In this document: one piece after another, positions 1 through 14,705 of the stretch
How positions within the stretch are numbered: the stretch's first letter is position 1
Layout of the letters: each line of letters begins with the position of its first letter
Source of the DNA: Tubiluchus corallicola
Lineage: Eukaryota > Animalia > Priapulida
Reading direction: 5' to 3'
Assembly: GCA_030141605.1 (NCBI GenBank)
Contig: JAQGDQ010000700.1
Span: 1 to 64,000, forward strand
DNA length: 64,000 nucleotides
The notes under the pieces: generated by a model
The model's database searches: none
What the model saw: the letters and a program-made list of their open reading frames with translations, nothing else
Told to the model about the DNA's origin: nothing
Made by a program: the position numbers and the translations under genes

Positions 1-535
1 TGGGCGATACCGCCTATTTCAAGTAATCGCGATTACCGATTACTGAGATCGCGCGGGTATCTGATTACTGGAGGGGGTGCTGTCTATACAAATCTGTGCT
101 TCCAGTACCCAGAAATGCAATGAATAAACCCTGTAAGCCTCTAGCAAAATTGCTCAGAACGACTCAGGCTACTTCTCGGGCGTTTATACTTTAGTGATTA
201 TATTCCTTAGTTTGGTATATTTAATGGAGAAATAACACCTTAGAATTGAGTTAGTACCTTTTTACATTTCACTCGATGCAGCATGTATCCCAGATGAAAA
301 GCGGACGCATTACCACTATACTAAACCGTCTGGTGAACGCGTGTCATTAATTTCGGGAGCATCAAAGAATACGGAATCACTGCAAATATTTCATTTTTTG
401 CATTTCAAAATATGATAATTCTGAGAAACAAAAGTAATCGTTTACTATTCCATTACTTAGCAAAGTAATCGATACCAAAAACTTTCCAGGAAGTACTGAA
501 GTAATCGATTACTTCTGTCGATTACGCCCACCACT
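1..535. mobile_element. hAT-like non-autonomous element (left end just outside the window) with a SINE-head remnant at about 270-327
   Basis: Window starts TGGGCGATA; 525-535 reads CGCCCACCACTA (inverted terminus); repeated subterminal AAGTAATCGAT(T)AC motifs. Confidence 0.45.
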
Positions 536-649
536 ATAATTAAGATGTTAGAAGAACTGCAGGAAGGGTTGACCTGCGGTTTACTCGTCAAATCACTCAG
601 CAATAATCAAACAACTACTCAACGGCAATCTTAATTCTTGTTCATTTAC

Positions 650-818
650 CTAAATGAGAACACCAGGCATCCATTGCATAGAATTGTTCCTTTACCAAGA
701 ATATTGCCAAATCCCAGTTTTTTCCTCGTTTAGCGTATACATGGAAACATTTGCTCCCAGAAGCGTAAAACTCTGACAATGAAGCCACTCTCCTCCACTC
801 TACGTTGCGAGAAGCCAT
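650..818 (-). CDS. First coding exon of a Rieske [2Fe-2S] domain protein (RFESD-like); gene continues left of the window
   Basis: Manual minus-strand translation from ATG at 818: MASRNVEWRRVASLSEFYASGSKCFHVYAKRGKNWDLAIFLVKEQFYAMDAWCSHL(G), then a GTAAAT donor (phase 1). W-x-x-V-A-x-x-x-E and FYAMDAWCSHLG match the N-terminal half of a Rieske ferredoxin with the first C-x-H ligand box. Below the ORF-track size cutoff. Confidence 0.8.
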
Positions 819-1092
819 TATAAAAAAACGGTGGTCTCCAACAGCATTGTTCGATTAACTCAAATCAATGTAATGATGGTCACAAACAATCTAGACACGT
901 TCCAAACTTCCCATTTCCGCAAGAAATTACTTTTTCTCCGTTTAACTGTTTAAATTCAGATGTCAGTGTTGTTTATCAGATTGACTTTAGCGTTCACACT
1001 GAGAACGGGCCTATAGCTAATAATTTATGAAAGGATTTGTAAATAAGTAATCAGTGTTGTTCCAAACAATAAAGCACGAACTTCATCCTTAC

Positions 1093-1230
1093 CTGCCTGC
1101 GTGCAATCATGGGAAGATAACGAGGTTGGGGCGTATAAAGATTAATGATTTTCAGCTTGTGGCTATAAACGTGTATATTTATAACGGAGATCGATACGTG
1201 AGATATACTGTGAGAAATCGTGTGGCAGTA
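1093..1230 (-). other. Probable non-coding 5' exon of the Rieske-domain gene
   Basis: Strong minus-strand donor CAG|GTAAGG at 1093/1092, and a pyrimidine tract with TAG acceptors near 1012-1019 upstream of the coding exon. The 5' end is estimated. Confidence 0.4.
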
Positions 1231-1241
1231 GCGCATGCGCA
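1231..1241. promoter_or_regulatory. NRF1/Ewg/P3A2-type palindromic site in the divergent promoter region
   Basis: GCGCATGCGC(A) matches the NRF1 consensus and lies between the head-to-head Rieske-domain and tomosyn genes. Confidence 0.55.
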
Positions 1242-1270
1242 TTAGCTGGGAAGTCCGTTTAACTGTCTTA

Positions 1271-1530
1271 CGGCGCGTTCAGACTGGCGAGTTTTCTCGC
1301 CAAGTAACTCGCAAGCGCGTTCAGACTAAACTTGCTGCGAGTTACTACGACAGTAAGACACTCACTACTCAATTCGCTGCGAGAAGTGTGGAGAGTAACA
1401 TGCTCAGGTTTTACTAGACAGTAAATAAACTCGCAGCCGCTCGACAATAACTGGCAAAGCAGTTCACACTTTCAAGTTTACTGTCAGAAACAAAACTCGC
1501 GCCAGATAACTCGCTAGTCTGAACGCGCCT
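1271..1530 (+). mobile_element. MITE, Harbinger-like family copy 1
   Basis: Terminal inverted repeats GGCGCGTTCAGACT ... AGTCTGAACGCGCC; related copies at about 30972-31176 and 48507-48769. Confidence 0.7.
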
Positions 1531-2478
1531 TGCATAATTTGCCTCGATAATTTAATTACTACTGGCAAAAGCAACAATTTTCTGCTCGAAAAATTTAATT
1601 CTAAACGATAATGATTTATGATAATAACTTCGTTCAGTGGCTAGTAAGTGACACGAAAACTAATTTTTCGGCTTAATCTAGATTGTGTACCTTGCACCTT
1701 ATTTAAACATTGTAGCGTTACAGGGTCTAGTTACCTATCTATTAGATCGAACTAGTATAGGTGTACGCAGCATAACACAATACGCCTATACCTATACCTA
1801 TACGCATTACTAGTTTGCCAAGTCATTAAGAAGCTGAATACAAAAAAGTATGAAAGAGAATAATGGGGCCTAGAATGAGAAAGTGACAGCAAAACAGGCA
1901 AGATCGTTATAGCAGGAAAGCCTAGTATTCAGCAGTCGCCTGCTGGACCTAATTGAGAGGATATGTTTCATTCGCTCCTGGCATAACAAAGAACGCGGAT
2001 AATGTGGTTCCATTTCCAGGTCTAGCTTTCATTCGCAGAATGATTGGCAATCGTCGCAGTTCTGCAAATCACGGCCCCTCTCATATGAGGCCAACACATG
2101 CAGGCTTTCTTTGCAGCAACCGGCGAAATCGATTTATCCCATAATGCATTGCTTCTTGTTTTGCTGCTTCGGTGTGGCTCGCACTAGAACGTATACATAT
2201 TATTTTGAATTAATGAGCTTGGTTATAAAAATGTTTTTTTGTATAAGCAGAAGCACAGCAGTTGCATTCAAATTTGTTTAATGTTTTTAAATAATTAACC
2301 TCTCATTTGGCAAATTAACGTTATATTTCTCATTTATATTTTTTTGCTATTTGAAAGAAACCAACCGGACTATTTCTAGTAGAACCGCCAAGATGGTAGA
2401 AACAGGAAAAGAAGTTCAGTTAATTTGTTATGCTTCTTGGATAAGTTTTGTTGAAAGGCAGGCCAAATGTTTTAAACT

Positions 2479-2601
2479 ATGAAGAGGTTTAATTTTGGTA
2501 AAGTTTTAGATGGGATTCGGCAGTCTGTTAGCACTCAACCGAAAAATGAAAGTGATTTGGTGGAAGAGAAAGTTCAACCCGAGCATTTTCAAGTAGCAAA
2601 A
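2479..2601 (+). CDS. STXBP5: tomosyn coding exon 1
   Basis: MKRFNFGKVLDGIRQSV...EHFQVAK, then GTGAGT. Confidence 0.9.
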
Positions 2602-5600
2602 GTGAGTAAAATAAACTGATTACTACTTCGGACAGCTCTCAAGTTGCAGAAGACTTTAACAGGGACAGCTAAAAGGTTTGAAGGCGTCCCAAAAATCAAT
2701 CGTTCTTTTGCATTTTAAAAGTTTTTTTTCACAAAAGCATAAGCGTATATGCAGATTTATCAACTAAAGCCTAACACCGAACCGAAAATGGGTGAGATTT
2801 ACAGTATTTTGAGTGAGAGCGTGCTTCCTGTCACACAAATCTGATCAGTGAATTACTATTGTGATTAATTAATAAAGACAATAATAATTGCACATTAAAG
2901 TGTAAAATGCAATGGAGATGTGTGCCATTTATAAATGACAATATTTTGCTGTTAATTTTCAATTTCATACTTTCAGGTAGTTCGCCATGGTTTTCCATTT
3001 CAGCCAACGGCTCTGGCATATGACCCAATACAACATTTGCTTGCCATTGGGACTCGTAATGGCTCCTTACGAATGTATCTTTTCTATGATTCGCCATCAG
3101 ATTTAGTGTACATTGATAGCAAGTATGAAACTATATATGTAAGGTCAAGGGAAAATTTTTTAACTGAGTTGCTCAAGGATATGTTTGTGTCATGACTGGA
3201 ACCTGACTCATTATCTCTGTAGAGTGATCCTACAGGATGTCCCTGTACATAGTCACTGAACCCTCTACGTAATAAGTGCCAAGATTTTTGATTTCTCATA
3301 TTGCTGAGCGAGTATCGAACTCACATCATTCCCTCGGGCACCTTATCCACTCGGTCTTAACCTCGCCACAGCCTGCATATTGAAAAATTAGGGTACGGTA
3401 TTCCATACAAATGTTGCAAGAAATGTCGAGTTTATCCTTTCTTCTTGGTCATTGGATGAAAAGTTTTGCAAGTACATTCTAATTAGGCTCAGCTCATCTT
3501 ATTCTAAAATTGCATATAACTTTTCAACAAAGTCAAATACTTTTCTTTTAGTAGTGCTCGACAGATGCTTTTGACATAGGCCAAGAAAAAATGTGTGAAT
3601 TAATTTGACGCTTTGCCCATGTTGTTATTATAGATGTGATTTGTGCAGGTTTTAGCTTTCTTTCAAGATTTAAGTTGCTTAGGTTTTATGCACAATCATT
3701 TGCGGTTTGATGGTTCGATAAAGAAATGACTGCAATTTTCCTGTTTAACATTAACAGCACGAGGATCTGAGGTCACAAATTTTCAAGAAATCCTGTGGGT
3801 TTTTCAGGTTTTTATAAAGAAATTGAAATGCTTTTCTTTATGTCAGAAAGAATGGCTCTTGTTTTTGTTATTTTATTTAATACACGAGCATGTCTTGAAT
3901 TCTTTGGATCATTTTGCATCTTTGCTTTAATTGATTTAGCATTGCTTAAATTTTTTTGTGGTATTATGCATCTAAAGTTTTTAAAGAATTAGGTAATCTT
4001 GATGTAAATTGATATAAATGAGTTCAACATAACATTTTAATCAATACTAAGTATATTGTAAACTTTATACCTTGTAATTACACTTCCTTGACTACATGAA
4101 CTTCAGATTTGGTAGACCAGGTGTTGATTGTCACATGAGGCATGACTCTGATGCATCGGTCATACAGCTTGTGTTTCTTGTAAATGAGGTGAGAGCAAAT
4201 TGTGATTTTGACCTTTGATCTTTTTCAGTTTTATGATGTTGACCTCTGACCTTTTCACTTTTACAATTTTGATCTTTGACCTTATCTGGTTTTATGATTT
4301 TGATGTTTGACTTTATCCTGTTTTATAATTTCTGCCTTTGATCTTACTCAGGTATTTTATCCACAAAGACTTAATTACGTGTCCTCTTAATTACGGAATG
4401 TATAATTGGTCATTCTTGGAAATATATTATACGTCAAATCAATTCTGTTAAACAAAAAATATGTATAGTTGGTAAATTTACTTAACACTTAACCGACTGA
4501 GCTCTTTATTGTATTGTTGTTATCCCATAATTTGAGGTTTTCTTGTTTAAGTGGATTTGATTATTAATGTATTTGAGTTTTCACACAGTAGCAATTTGTA
4601 GAATTCAACTAGATCACAGAGATCTTTGCAGTATGTATAGAAACACTTGAACATCAGGTGACAAACTTTTAGCTTGCAGAGGTTTTCAAAAACATTGATT
4701 TTCGAATGTTTTGTAATTGGAGATTTACATAGCCCCATAAAAAGTTGCTAATGCAAAAATATTAGTACTTAAATAATATTTTGAATCAGTTTGACGTTTG
4801 TGGGTATAGCGTATTTAATTGGTAAATTTAGGTTTTGTAATGTGACATCATATTTAAAAAAAAAGAATGGACTGACATTAAAAGTTCTCAAAGCATTGTT
4901 TGCTTGAACATGATATTGTATTCATTATATTTTACTGTGCGATTATAGTCTTATGCTGTAGTCTGTATAGCTCCACATGCTCACTGATTAAGTCATCTTT
5001 AACACAATTTTATCTAAAATTATATTTTTGGCAGCAGTTACATTTACAGCAACAATGACAGAATGTGAATCATCTGTAGAGTAATTTAACGCCTGACTTT
5101 GTAATAGCTTAAATTGGCTTATTCACGTACTGTGCAGTTGCACTTTTGTTGCAGACCATAATTTAAGCGGCTAATAGAATTTTGCGTTGTTTTGGTACTT
5201 TGTAGAGGACATTCTTAATTGATTCCTGTTTTCTGGCAGGGGGCGCTAGTCAGTGTATGTGCTGATGACAGCCTACACCTATGGAGTCTGAGACAAAAAC
5301 ATCCAGCACTTCTACATTCACTCAAATTCAACAGGGAAAAGTATGTTTGTCTCTTTTACAGTTTACGCTGAATTTCTTTGCGCTAAATTTCACAGCTGTA
5401 TTATTAAATTTTCAAAATTAGGTAAATAAAGCTTTTTATTACACTCTTTCTAGTGTTTTATTAGTGCACATAATTTTTTTTTACATCACACTGTACAGGC
5501 GGGGTGCGCTTGTACACATACTGTGCAGCACCAAACAGCAGTTGCATACTAAATGTAAATAGTTATGGCGGAATTGAACCTTACTGATTGTCAAAATGTA

Positions 5601-8600
5601 CACCCTCCCTCTTTCGTCTTCCCTTTACTTAACAGGCGTGAAATTGCTTGTCTGCTGGCCAAATGCACAATTCCCTCGGGCTGTTTGTCTACTGTGTTTG
5701 GCAATCTCAAGCACACAATTACAATAAGTTATTTGTGATGGTAGAATTAAATAACATAATTACACAAGGCACAAAATAAGGTTGAATTTTGACTAGTTAT
5801 GTTCTTTATAAGACTTCATTCTTACATAAATAATTGAAAAAAGAAAAGGTCTATAGTTAACAGTGCTTGTTTATTTTTCTTTCAAAAAAAATTCGTTTCA
5901 TAAAAGTTAGTTCAAACATTATTGGAAGCTATTATAATTTCGATTACCAATTAACATACAGGTGTCATTTCATATAAAGCAATATTTCCACTGCAATGCA
6001 AGCTAACTAAGGGAGTTATAGCAGTGTAAAAGAGCTTCATCACATCGGGATGAATCCTAGCTTTTTCTACGTTTTCAGAATAAGTACATTTTTTCGTGTA
6101 GTGAACATATACGTTGTTGTTTTCCCATTTCGAAGCTTCGCTGGTAGCTACACCTGGACTTTAATTTTGTTAAACAGTTTTAATTGTTTTTATTCAGACA
6201 AAAATGATCCTTGTGTTGAGCAGTTCTCAATAAACTTATAAAAAACTCTTCTGTTTTGTCAATATGTAAAACTCATTTGTTCTGGCGCAAGCTTGTGCGG
6301 TAACATTATTTCACTGGTAATGCAATATTGTACAAATATTTTGCATTGCTAATGAATGATCTTTATGTGCTGCATTTTTCATATAAGCCTTGTGACCCAT
6401 TAAGATGTTAGACACATTTTAACTTGTTTTTTATTTAAACAAACATAATTCTGTAAAGAGTAGATCTCACTATAGTTTTCATATGCTCTTTCATTTGTCA
6501 ATATTTAAAACTCAGTTTTTCTGACACATGCTTGTGGGTTTGTGTTAGTTTCCTGGTCATGTAATGTTGTACCAGTTGAATATTTGTTTTTAATTAGCCT
6601 TAGTAATGAACGAGCTTTAAATGCATTTTTCATGTAAGGGATGGTGCTTGTTTCCATGGACACCACAAGCTGAAATGATATATGATTCAATTTAAAATTG
6701 AAATTAATTTACGTAACGGTTGCATTCTGACTGTGTTGCAGAATTACATATTGCCATCTGCCATTTCAAAGCAAGTGGCTGTACATTGGTACTGAGCGTG
6801 GAAATGTGCACGTGGTAAACGTGGAGGAATTCCAGCTGTCCGGTTACATCATCAGCTGGAATAAGGCTATTGAGCTGTAAGTTATCTCTCTGTCCACAAT
6901 GTATTGTACTTGGTGATCATTTAATATTTCAGCCCCATTAGCAATGCTTCAGAAAGTATTTTAGAGGGTTTACACATTTTTGGATTGCTCTGAAACCAGG
7001 GCTAGATTATCTTACAGGCTAGTACAGGCTCCAGCTTAGGCTGCTCAAGCTTTGGTAACATTTGGTCTGTTTTTTCACTATCGTTGTGTTGTAATATGAG
7101 CTAATTTGATATGTAAAAAATAGTAAAGGCTGGTATTTCTTAAAGAGTATTTTTATTGACAGACAAAAGATAGCTATTCTAGTTTATTCTCAAATAAGAT
7201 TACTTCAAACTGTGTAAATATCACCATAATATATCACGAGAAAAAAATATTCAAGATGCCGTCTGAGGGACCTTCATAATTTAATTAGCCCAAGAGCCCA
7301 GAACTTCATAATCTGGCCATGTATGAAACTAGTTCTATGTTATTATGCCTAAAAAGTCGTCCCATTTTCAGCATTCCTGTCACCTGTAAAACAGTGAGAA
7401 CTTATCAATGCGGAAAAATGGAAGGTGGAATACCATATAAGCCATATAAGGTGTCGAAACATGGTTCACATCCCTATATGGAAAAAGACAAAACAAGTAA
7501 ATGAAAACCAACAAAACCATTAGAAAAGCATTTAATTTTGAATAAGTAATTGTCATTTTAATATTTGGTATTGCTCGTGTAACTGCCGTCGTTTGCAGCA
7601 TCGACGGCAATTAATCGACCGTGTGCAGTCGCAAGGAGTTTCGCGAAGAGTATACTGTTATGAGTCATTTCTCCAAGTTTGTCGTTGACTTTTTGTTTGC
7701 AGCGATAAAATACGATAAAATTTAGAAACATGTTTTAAATATGGACTAATATAATCTACCAAAATGTTAAAAAACATGGTTATATCTAATCATGATAGCT
7801 TTTGACTGTAGTTAGGCTGTTATTTCCTAATACTGTGGATAATTCTTCAATAATGTCACATGTCAGAATCTGTGGTTGTAAAAGTAACTGTTTACCCAAT
7901 TATTGATTTTGTACCTAACTTTTTTGTTATCATGTTGTGTGCCTCACAAATTAAGACAAGCTATTATTAAATGCCTCTGAGATGAATGCTTGTTTTGTAG
8001 ACCCAGAACCTTTGCTGTTTTTAGTACCCACCTATGTCCTATTGTTTAAACTTTGTTTTTTGACCCAGCAATAATTTAACAAGAGAAGACTATGCGTTAT
8101 CGTGAATGAACGGCGCATTTAAACACGCTTTCAAAGTTCACCTTCATAGTGCATTTATAGGCTGTTAAATTGTCTCATAATGCCATTACCTCATGAATTT
8201 ACTTATTTTATACTTCTGGAGTGTTTGTATAGTTTAATTTGAGCAACCAAGTTTGTGTTTTGCATTGTAGTAAACGTATTATGAAAACGTGGCTCTTCTA
8301 CTATTCCTGTATACAGCTGTTGCTGTGCCATGATGCAAGGCAGCCCTCTTTATTTTTTTCCTCTAAGTCATGGCACTATTAAAATAACTGTGATAGGCAA
8401 GAAATTAAAAAAACGGTCTACACTGTGTACAAAACTAGGAGCGAGTGCGGAAAGAATGCATTGAGGGATTGTGCGGTCATTAAAGGATAATAGGACAGTT
8501 TTCCAGACAATAATTATGTCATTTAAGCTTCGGTCTGAAATATGGTTTATCATTTACGTTTTCTGACTTTGTATATAAACTTTGTACGTCTGAGAACCTG

Positions 8601-11600
8601 CAAAAATCAAAAACTAACAAAATCAGTCTTTCACTGCATTTACAATTTAATAGGCCATCATACATAAAAGGCATATGGAACACTGCTCATGAATGCAGCT
8701 GATCGAAAGAATGAACTCCCAGAAGGGCTAGTTTGTCAGGAATCCTCAATTTGGCACCTCTTGTTTTTGTAGAACAAGGAAGACACATCCCGGTCCTGTG
8801 GTTCACCTCAGCGACTCGCCCATTGATGCAGCGAAGCTTTTAATTGGGTTTGAGACGGGAGCGATTGCGTACTGGGACTTAAAGACTAAACAAGCTGTAA
8901 TCAGGTGTAACTACAGTGAGGTAAATTATTTGTTTTAATTAAGTCATTAGCGCTTAATGAAAAATCCTTTTTTTATTTTTTGCAGTGTAATATATAATGT
9001 ACATGTACATGCTTTGTTGCCTGAATCATCATACTTTTTTCTTTTAGTAAGATAGTTTTTCTGACTGCTTTATAAATGCTAATAAAAATCTGAATAATTA
9101 AAATTAAAATGATTTGTGTAATTTGTTTGGCATGACTGATTTCAGTTTAATAAAATTTAATCAATAGTTATGATATTATTAGCTGCATCGTAATAGACCT
9201 GACTGCTTATGTCAAGTGCAATTGTGCAAACATTAATAGTGTTCTTGAAATTCAGTTTTTGTCTCTTACAAAAAACCAATTTCATTCTTTTACATTACTG
9301 CAGACATTTACTTCGAAAGGAGGAAAATTTTTAGCTAGTTTAATAATTGCTACCACTGCTTGTTATAATATTGTGTCAGGATCCTAGTGTCTTTAGATTT
9401 TCTAACGAAAAATTTCATTTCTATCACATTAAAGGTCAAATTTAACATAAAAATGAGTTTTCTTTAATTAAAAGAGCTGACCGTAATTTAAAGTTTGACA
9501 CTAATTTTATAAAATTTCATGGCTTCCTTCCTAATAAATGACTTGATAGCCAAACACTGCCGTAAGTAAGGCATTGGTCACACTGACATCGTCTAACATG
9601 CAAAACACACAAAATCAAGTTCCAGACAGTCTTCGCACCCAATTTTTTCTTATATAAACCACCGATAAAAAGTTAAAAGTATCAGAAAATCTTAGAGCAT
9701 TTCCTTTCTGTTTTTATGTAAAACTAAACCTCATAAAATACGTTGTAATTGACTTCTAAGCATTCACCGTAACAAGATAATGACTATATAACAGTGGACA
9801 ATTGTATTCGTGTTTAGGGTTTACGCTCCATATCGTGGAATAGCGATGGAAAACAGTTTATGTGTTCCCATAACGACGGCAGCTTGACAACATGGAACCT
9901 GAAATCGCCATGTAAACCCGTCAGTGCAGTAACGCCACACGGTATGTTCATCAGAATTTTGTTAATAAGTACTTGTGAATAAAGCACAGATTACAGATGG
10001 ATACATGGATGAATTAATGAAAAGTCCTTCTTTTTTATTTTAAAAACAAAACTGACAATTCGCGGCCCATTATAGGCTGCTGCTTCAGTGTGAACGTAAG
10101 AAATATGGGAAATCTTGAAATACAAAATTATACAGGATAACCCTAATACAATACAGTGCATTCTCTAAGACCATTACTGTAGGAACCTTTAGCTGCCATT
10201 ATACTGACACTAAATAAATAAATATGAAATTAATTTATGTTATAAATTGTCTACTGAATTTTTGAAAATAAAATAGACAATATTTAAAATAAAAGTATAA
10301 TTTTTCATTAATTCATCCCTGTATCTGTCTATAATTTGTGTTTTTTTGATGTTTTCAATGATGGATGCCAAACCCTTAAAATACTTGTGAATAATGCAGT
10401 AAAGAAATAAATTTAGGTAGGAGGCGTTAAAGTCACAATTGACTTCGCCAGTGTTCCATGAAACTGCAAGTATCTTCATCTTTTTGCATCCGTTAGAGCA
10501 AACAAGAGAGATAATATCAGATTGGAACTGATATGCTATATGAAATGAACAATTATAGTTATAAGAGAATGCATTTCATTTTGTACTATACTAAGAAGAT
10601 AGACTAACATTGAGTAATCATCAGTTATGTCTGCAGAATATGGCAGATGTCTTTATTTAAGAAGTTTGTGTTTTAACACACATTCAATGTGGTCTTTCAA
10701 AGGCAACTAGACCTTTATTACTGTCTGTGCTTTTGTATTTTATAGCAGTAAATCTTTTACGCTTTATCAATTTAAACTATGTGTTGAGTTTTGTGCTTGC
10801 GGCTGGTTTATATGGTAATTATATGATAATAATCATAGTAATAACACTGAATGATTGAGATAAGATAAGAAAAAAATTATACTGCCATATGGTAATCGTA
10901 CATCACTAATTCATTTGATTCAGCATATATACTAGACAGATAGATAGATATTATATTTCTGAAAATCAGATTTTACACAAAAAATGCAAAATCAATGTAA
11001 ACCTGATTGTTTCATTGGCGGGCAGAGATTGGGCAATGATTTTCAGATCATACTAACCGTCAGACCCAATACACCTGCACAAAGTATATACAGTTGTACA
11101 CAAATATACAAATTTAGTTAGCAAATCTATGAATAGAAAAAAGTTATTAACTAAACATTTGTACATATTTGTATAAAAATTTATATACCTGCACGATAAT
11201 CACAAATCATACAATTATGCGACAGCTACTGTACTCGCAAAACAACAACATGTTCACATAAGCGAAAATTGCTTATTTTATAAAGTATATCATGTATATC
11301 ATAAAATGAATGAAACATTCGTCTAAATAAATTTTTTATCTTGTCTCATACTATGTAGTGGAAAAAGGGTTATGAAAACTACGTTCCTCCCTTCTCTCTG
11401 CAATAATCATTACTTTTAATAGCAAAACTCATTCAGCTAACAAATAGCTATTAATAAGCAACCGATTATCTATTTACCACTAGTCGTTTATTCTATCTTT
11501 GTACATGAAATTAATCTAATCTAATCTACTCTCATCTACTTTAATCTAATGTAATATGAAAACACATTTTTGTGTTGTCTTGTTTCAAAGAATGTATTTA

Positions 11601-14600
11601 ATAACTGCTTATATTTATAACAATAGCTAAACCCGCTAAAGATGGAGGGAAGACTGAATCTTGTAAACCCATTATAAAAGTCGAGTGGAAGACAGCACGT
11701 AGTGGGTCAGTATACTCGCTTACCGTTATTTCTTAAGTCGTTGTTTGTTTTCTGTAGATAAGAATTTAAAATACACTAGGTGTCACTAAATAGACTCACT
11801 TTTGGATTGAAGTGTTTTGACCCAGTTAACCCACTGAATCTATTAGCCGATGGGTGAAGATTTACTAATATAGAAGTACGGGTGGTCAATGTTCAGCTTA
11901 GTATACACTGCAAAGACTGCAAGAGCTTTAAATGCTAGGTCTTTATGCTTGTGTTCTACTGTATTTTTCAAAATTAACTCTATGCTGTTAGTTCCTCTAT
12001 GATATTTACACTTGTAAAGTTACAAAGAATACTGGCAGATTACTGCCGCTGCATATGTGGCACAACAACGACAGTTAACTGATTAAACGTTCTGTGAAAA
12101 GTTGCTTCAAAAAACAAACTGCTATATAAGTGATTAAAAGTTTAACTTTCATTAATTCTTCAGTGACGAGGTTAATTGCAACAGACGAGCCTCAAAGCAA
12201 AACTGCTAAACTGGCATATTAGCACATGATAAATGTAACTGCTTTTAATCAAAACTGTACTTACCATAATTATCTCGGTATTGTATAGTGCACGAAAGTG
12301 ATGTATAATTAGTCACACACAAATGTCTTATTTTAAATATGTGATGCAAAAAATTTAGTCAATTATGCAGAGTTATTTAAGTCAATTGGAATAATAATAA
12401 TGTAATAATAATAATATTTATTTAAAGTTGGCTTTTATGATGAACAATTAACATAATCTCCAAAGAGCTTTTGAGCCAACTGTATGTAACAATCTACAAC
12501 TACATAACAAAGCCTATTATTCCCCCACCTTTACCCTAAATACCACATGCCAAACAGGGTAACAGCGGTACCATTTTTAAAGCCTTTGATGTTACCCGGC
12601 CAATGTATCGAACTCACGACCTCTCAGACAGAAAGCGAACGCATTACCACTAGCAGCTTTTATGTACACTTGAATAAGAGGGGCCCATAACAGACATTTT
12701 TGAGTCAATTAGTTGACTGATTCTATTAACCATGAGTCTAATAAATGGCACCTACTGTAGTGAGATTAAGTTTTCGTAAGAAAAGCGCTAAATACCTTTT
12801 AGATATCTCACTGTTATTTTTTGTAAAGTACACCTATTGTTTCAATAGTGTGCTTTTAAAATTTTAGTTAATACTCATTAACTTTCTATTCGATGAACAT
12901 GTATGTATTTGTTTTAACAGTCTGACAACGGCTTGGAATGATATTGAAACGATAATTTCCGGGTATATTTTGATTCTTAGTAGCAGAAAAACCCCTCAGA
13001 AGTGCTTGTTAGTTGCGCTGTTGCCTAGTTACAGCTCTAGTTGTACTGCTAATTAGTTACGTAGAACCCGCATCTGCTCATGAATAGAGAAATCCAAATG
13101 CTAAGTACTTACTGAAAATCGTTTAGACAGAGTTATGTTGAATATTTTGAAATCAACATTTTTAACAAATTTTAATTTTGGAACGTTATTCTAGAGTGAA
13201 AGATGTATTTCTGACAGCTTGTGATGCATGCACTATTTTAAGGCCGAGGCTAGTTTGTGTCCGCTCTTTGCAGAAACCTTGTTGCTTTTGTTGTGGTTGT
13301 GGTCGTCGTCGTCACCGTCGTCTGTGTCATCAGATCGCCATTGTCATGGTCATTGCCATTTTCGTATCCCTTTTGTTGTTGTCGTTGTCGTTGTCATTGT
13401 TTGGTGATTTGAGTGCACAATTTTGACATCTGAACATTTTTAATTTTTCCACTCTTTTTCTACGGCACATCGGTACTTTGAACTCTCCTTTTTTATTACT
13501 TAAACTGAGAACCCATTCTCTATTTTTCCTGTCACAAATTAATTGTGAATAATTACAGATGTCATAAAATTCAAGAAAACATTGTTTCTTATACCTTTCA
13601 CTTTAGAATGACAGCCAAACATGTAGCGTAAACATTGCTTGATGTGTCATATAGACATATAGATAAACAAGTAGACAGTAGATTGTGCATTGTGTATTAA
13701 CTGAAGACAACAGCGTCTATTATTATTATTAGTAAATGCGTTCAAAAAATGCATAAGGTCTCATATTGAATTTGGTTCCTGTTGTTTTAATTTTGGTTTG
13801 TACTGTATGTGCATTTATTTTTAGGTCGGTAGGTGAGTCGGTAAGTGGTAGGTGAGATATGTACTTGATTGTAAAGGAACTAAAGTTGGTTATGTATATT
13901 TAATGTATTGCTAAGGTTAGAATGTTAGTGACAGTTTTGCCTGTAATACTATTCTGGCATTTGTAGTAAAAAAACATCTTTGTAAACAAACTTCATCAAA
14001 TTAATTACATGAAAATGAATGTAACGATTTAGTAAAATCATGCTGTATTTCCAAATTGTTTCAACTGTAACAGTAACAACGTTTTGAGAAATCTATAAAT
14101 AATCTTTGTGCATGTTGTTGTAAATCGATCACGTCTTTCTTAATAGGCTTTAATTGCCGATTCATAAAACTTGAAGTAAAGTGTTTCTAGATTTGTTATT
14201 GCTGACGACTAACATGTTCAATTATCTTTTGCAGGGATTCGTTTATTGTTTTCTCAGGAGGTCTAACTTATGGTAAAGCGGGACGAACCCCATGTCTAAC
14301 GGTCATGCATGGAAAGTCCACTACCGTTCTTGAGATGGAGGACAAGATCATAGATTTTGTGTGTCTGTGTGAGACGCCTTTCAGCTGTGGTAATTTACAT
14401 TTTACACATTAGTTTTGTTCTGGGTGGCATAGCTCAGTGGTAGTATGTTCACTTCTCACTCGGGAGATCCCAGGTTCAACTCCCGACTGAGTTATACCAA
14501 AGACTTAAAAATAATACCGCTGGTTCTTCGACCAAGTACGCTTGTTAATCGAATTAACATGCGGGTAACAATAATGAGGATCATCTTGTAAATAAGTATT

Positions 14601-14635
14601 GAGTGTTATCCCTTGACTATGTCCAAAACTAAACT

Positions 14636-14705
<70 letters not shown>

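Noticed and set aside
14423-14495. tRNA gene
   Set aside because: A and B boxes are present but the acceptor and anticodon stems do not pair, and it continues into a core shared with another copy plus a microsatellite tail, so it is a SINE head.
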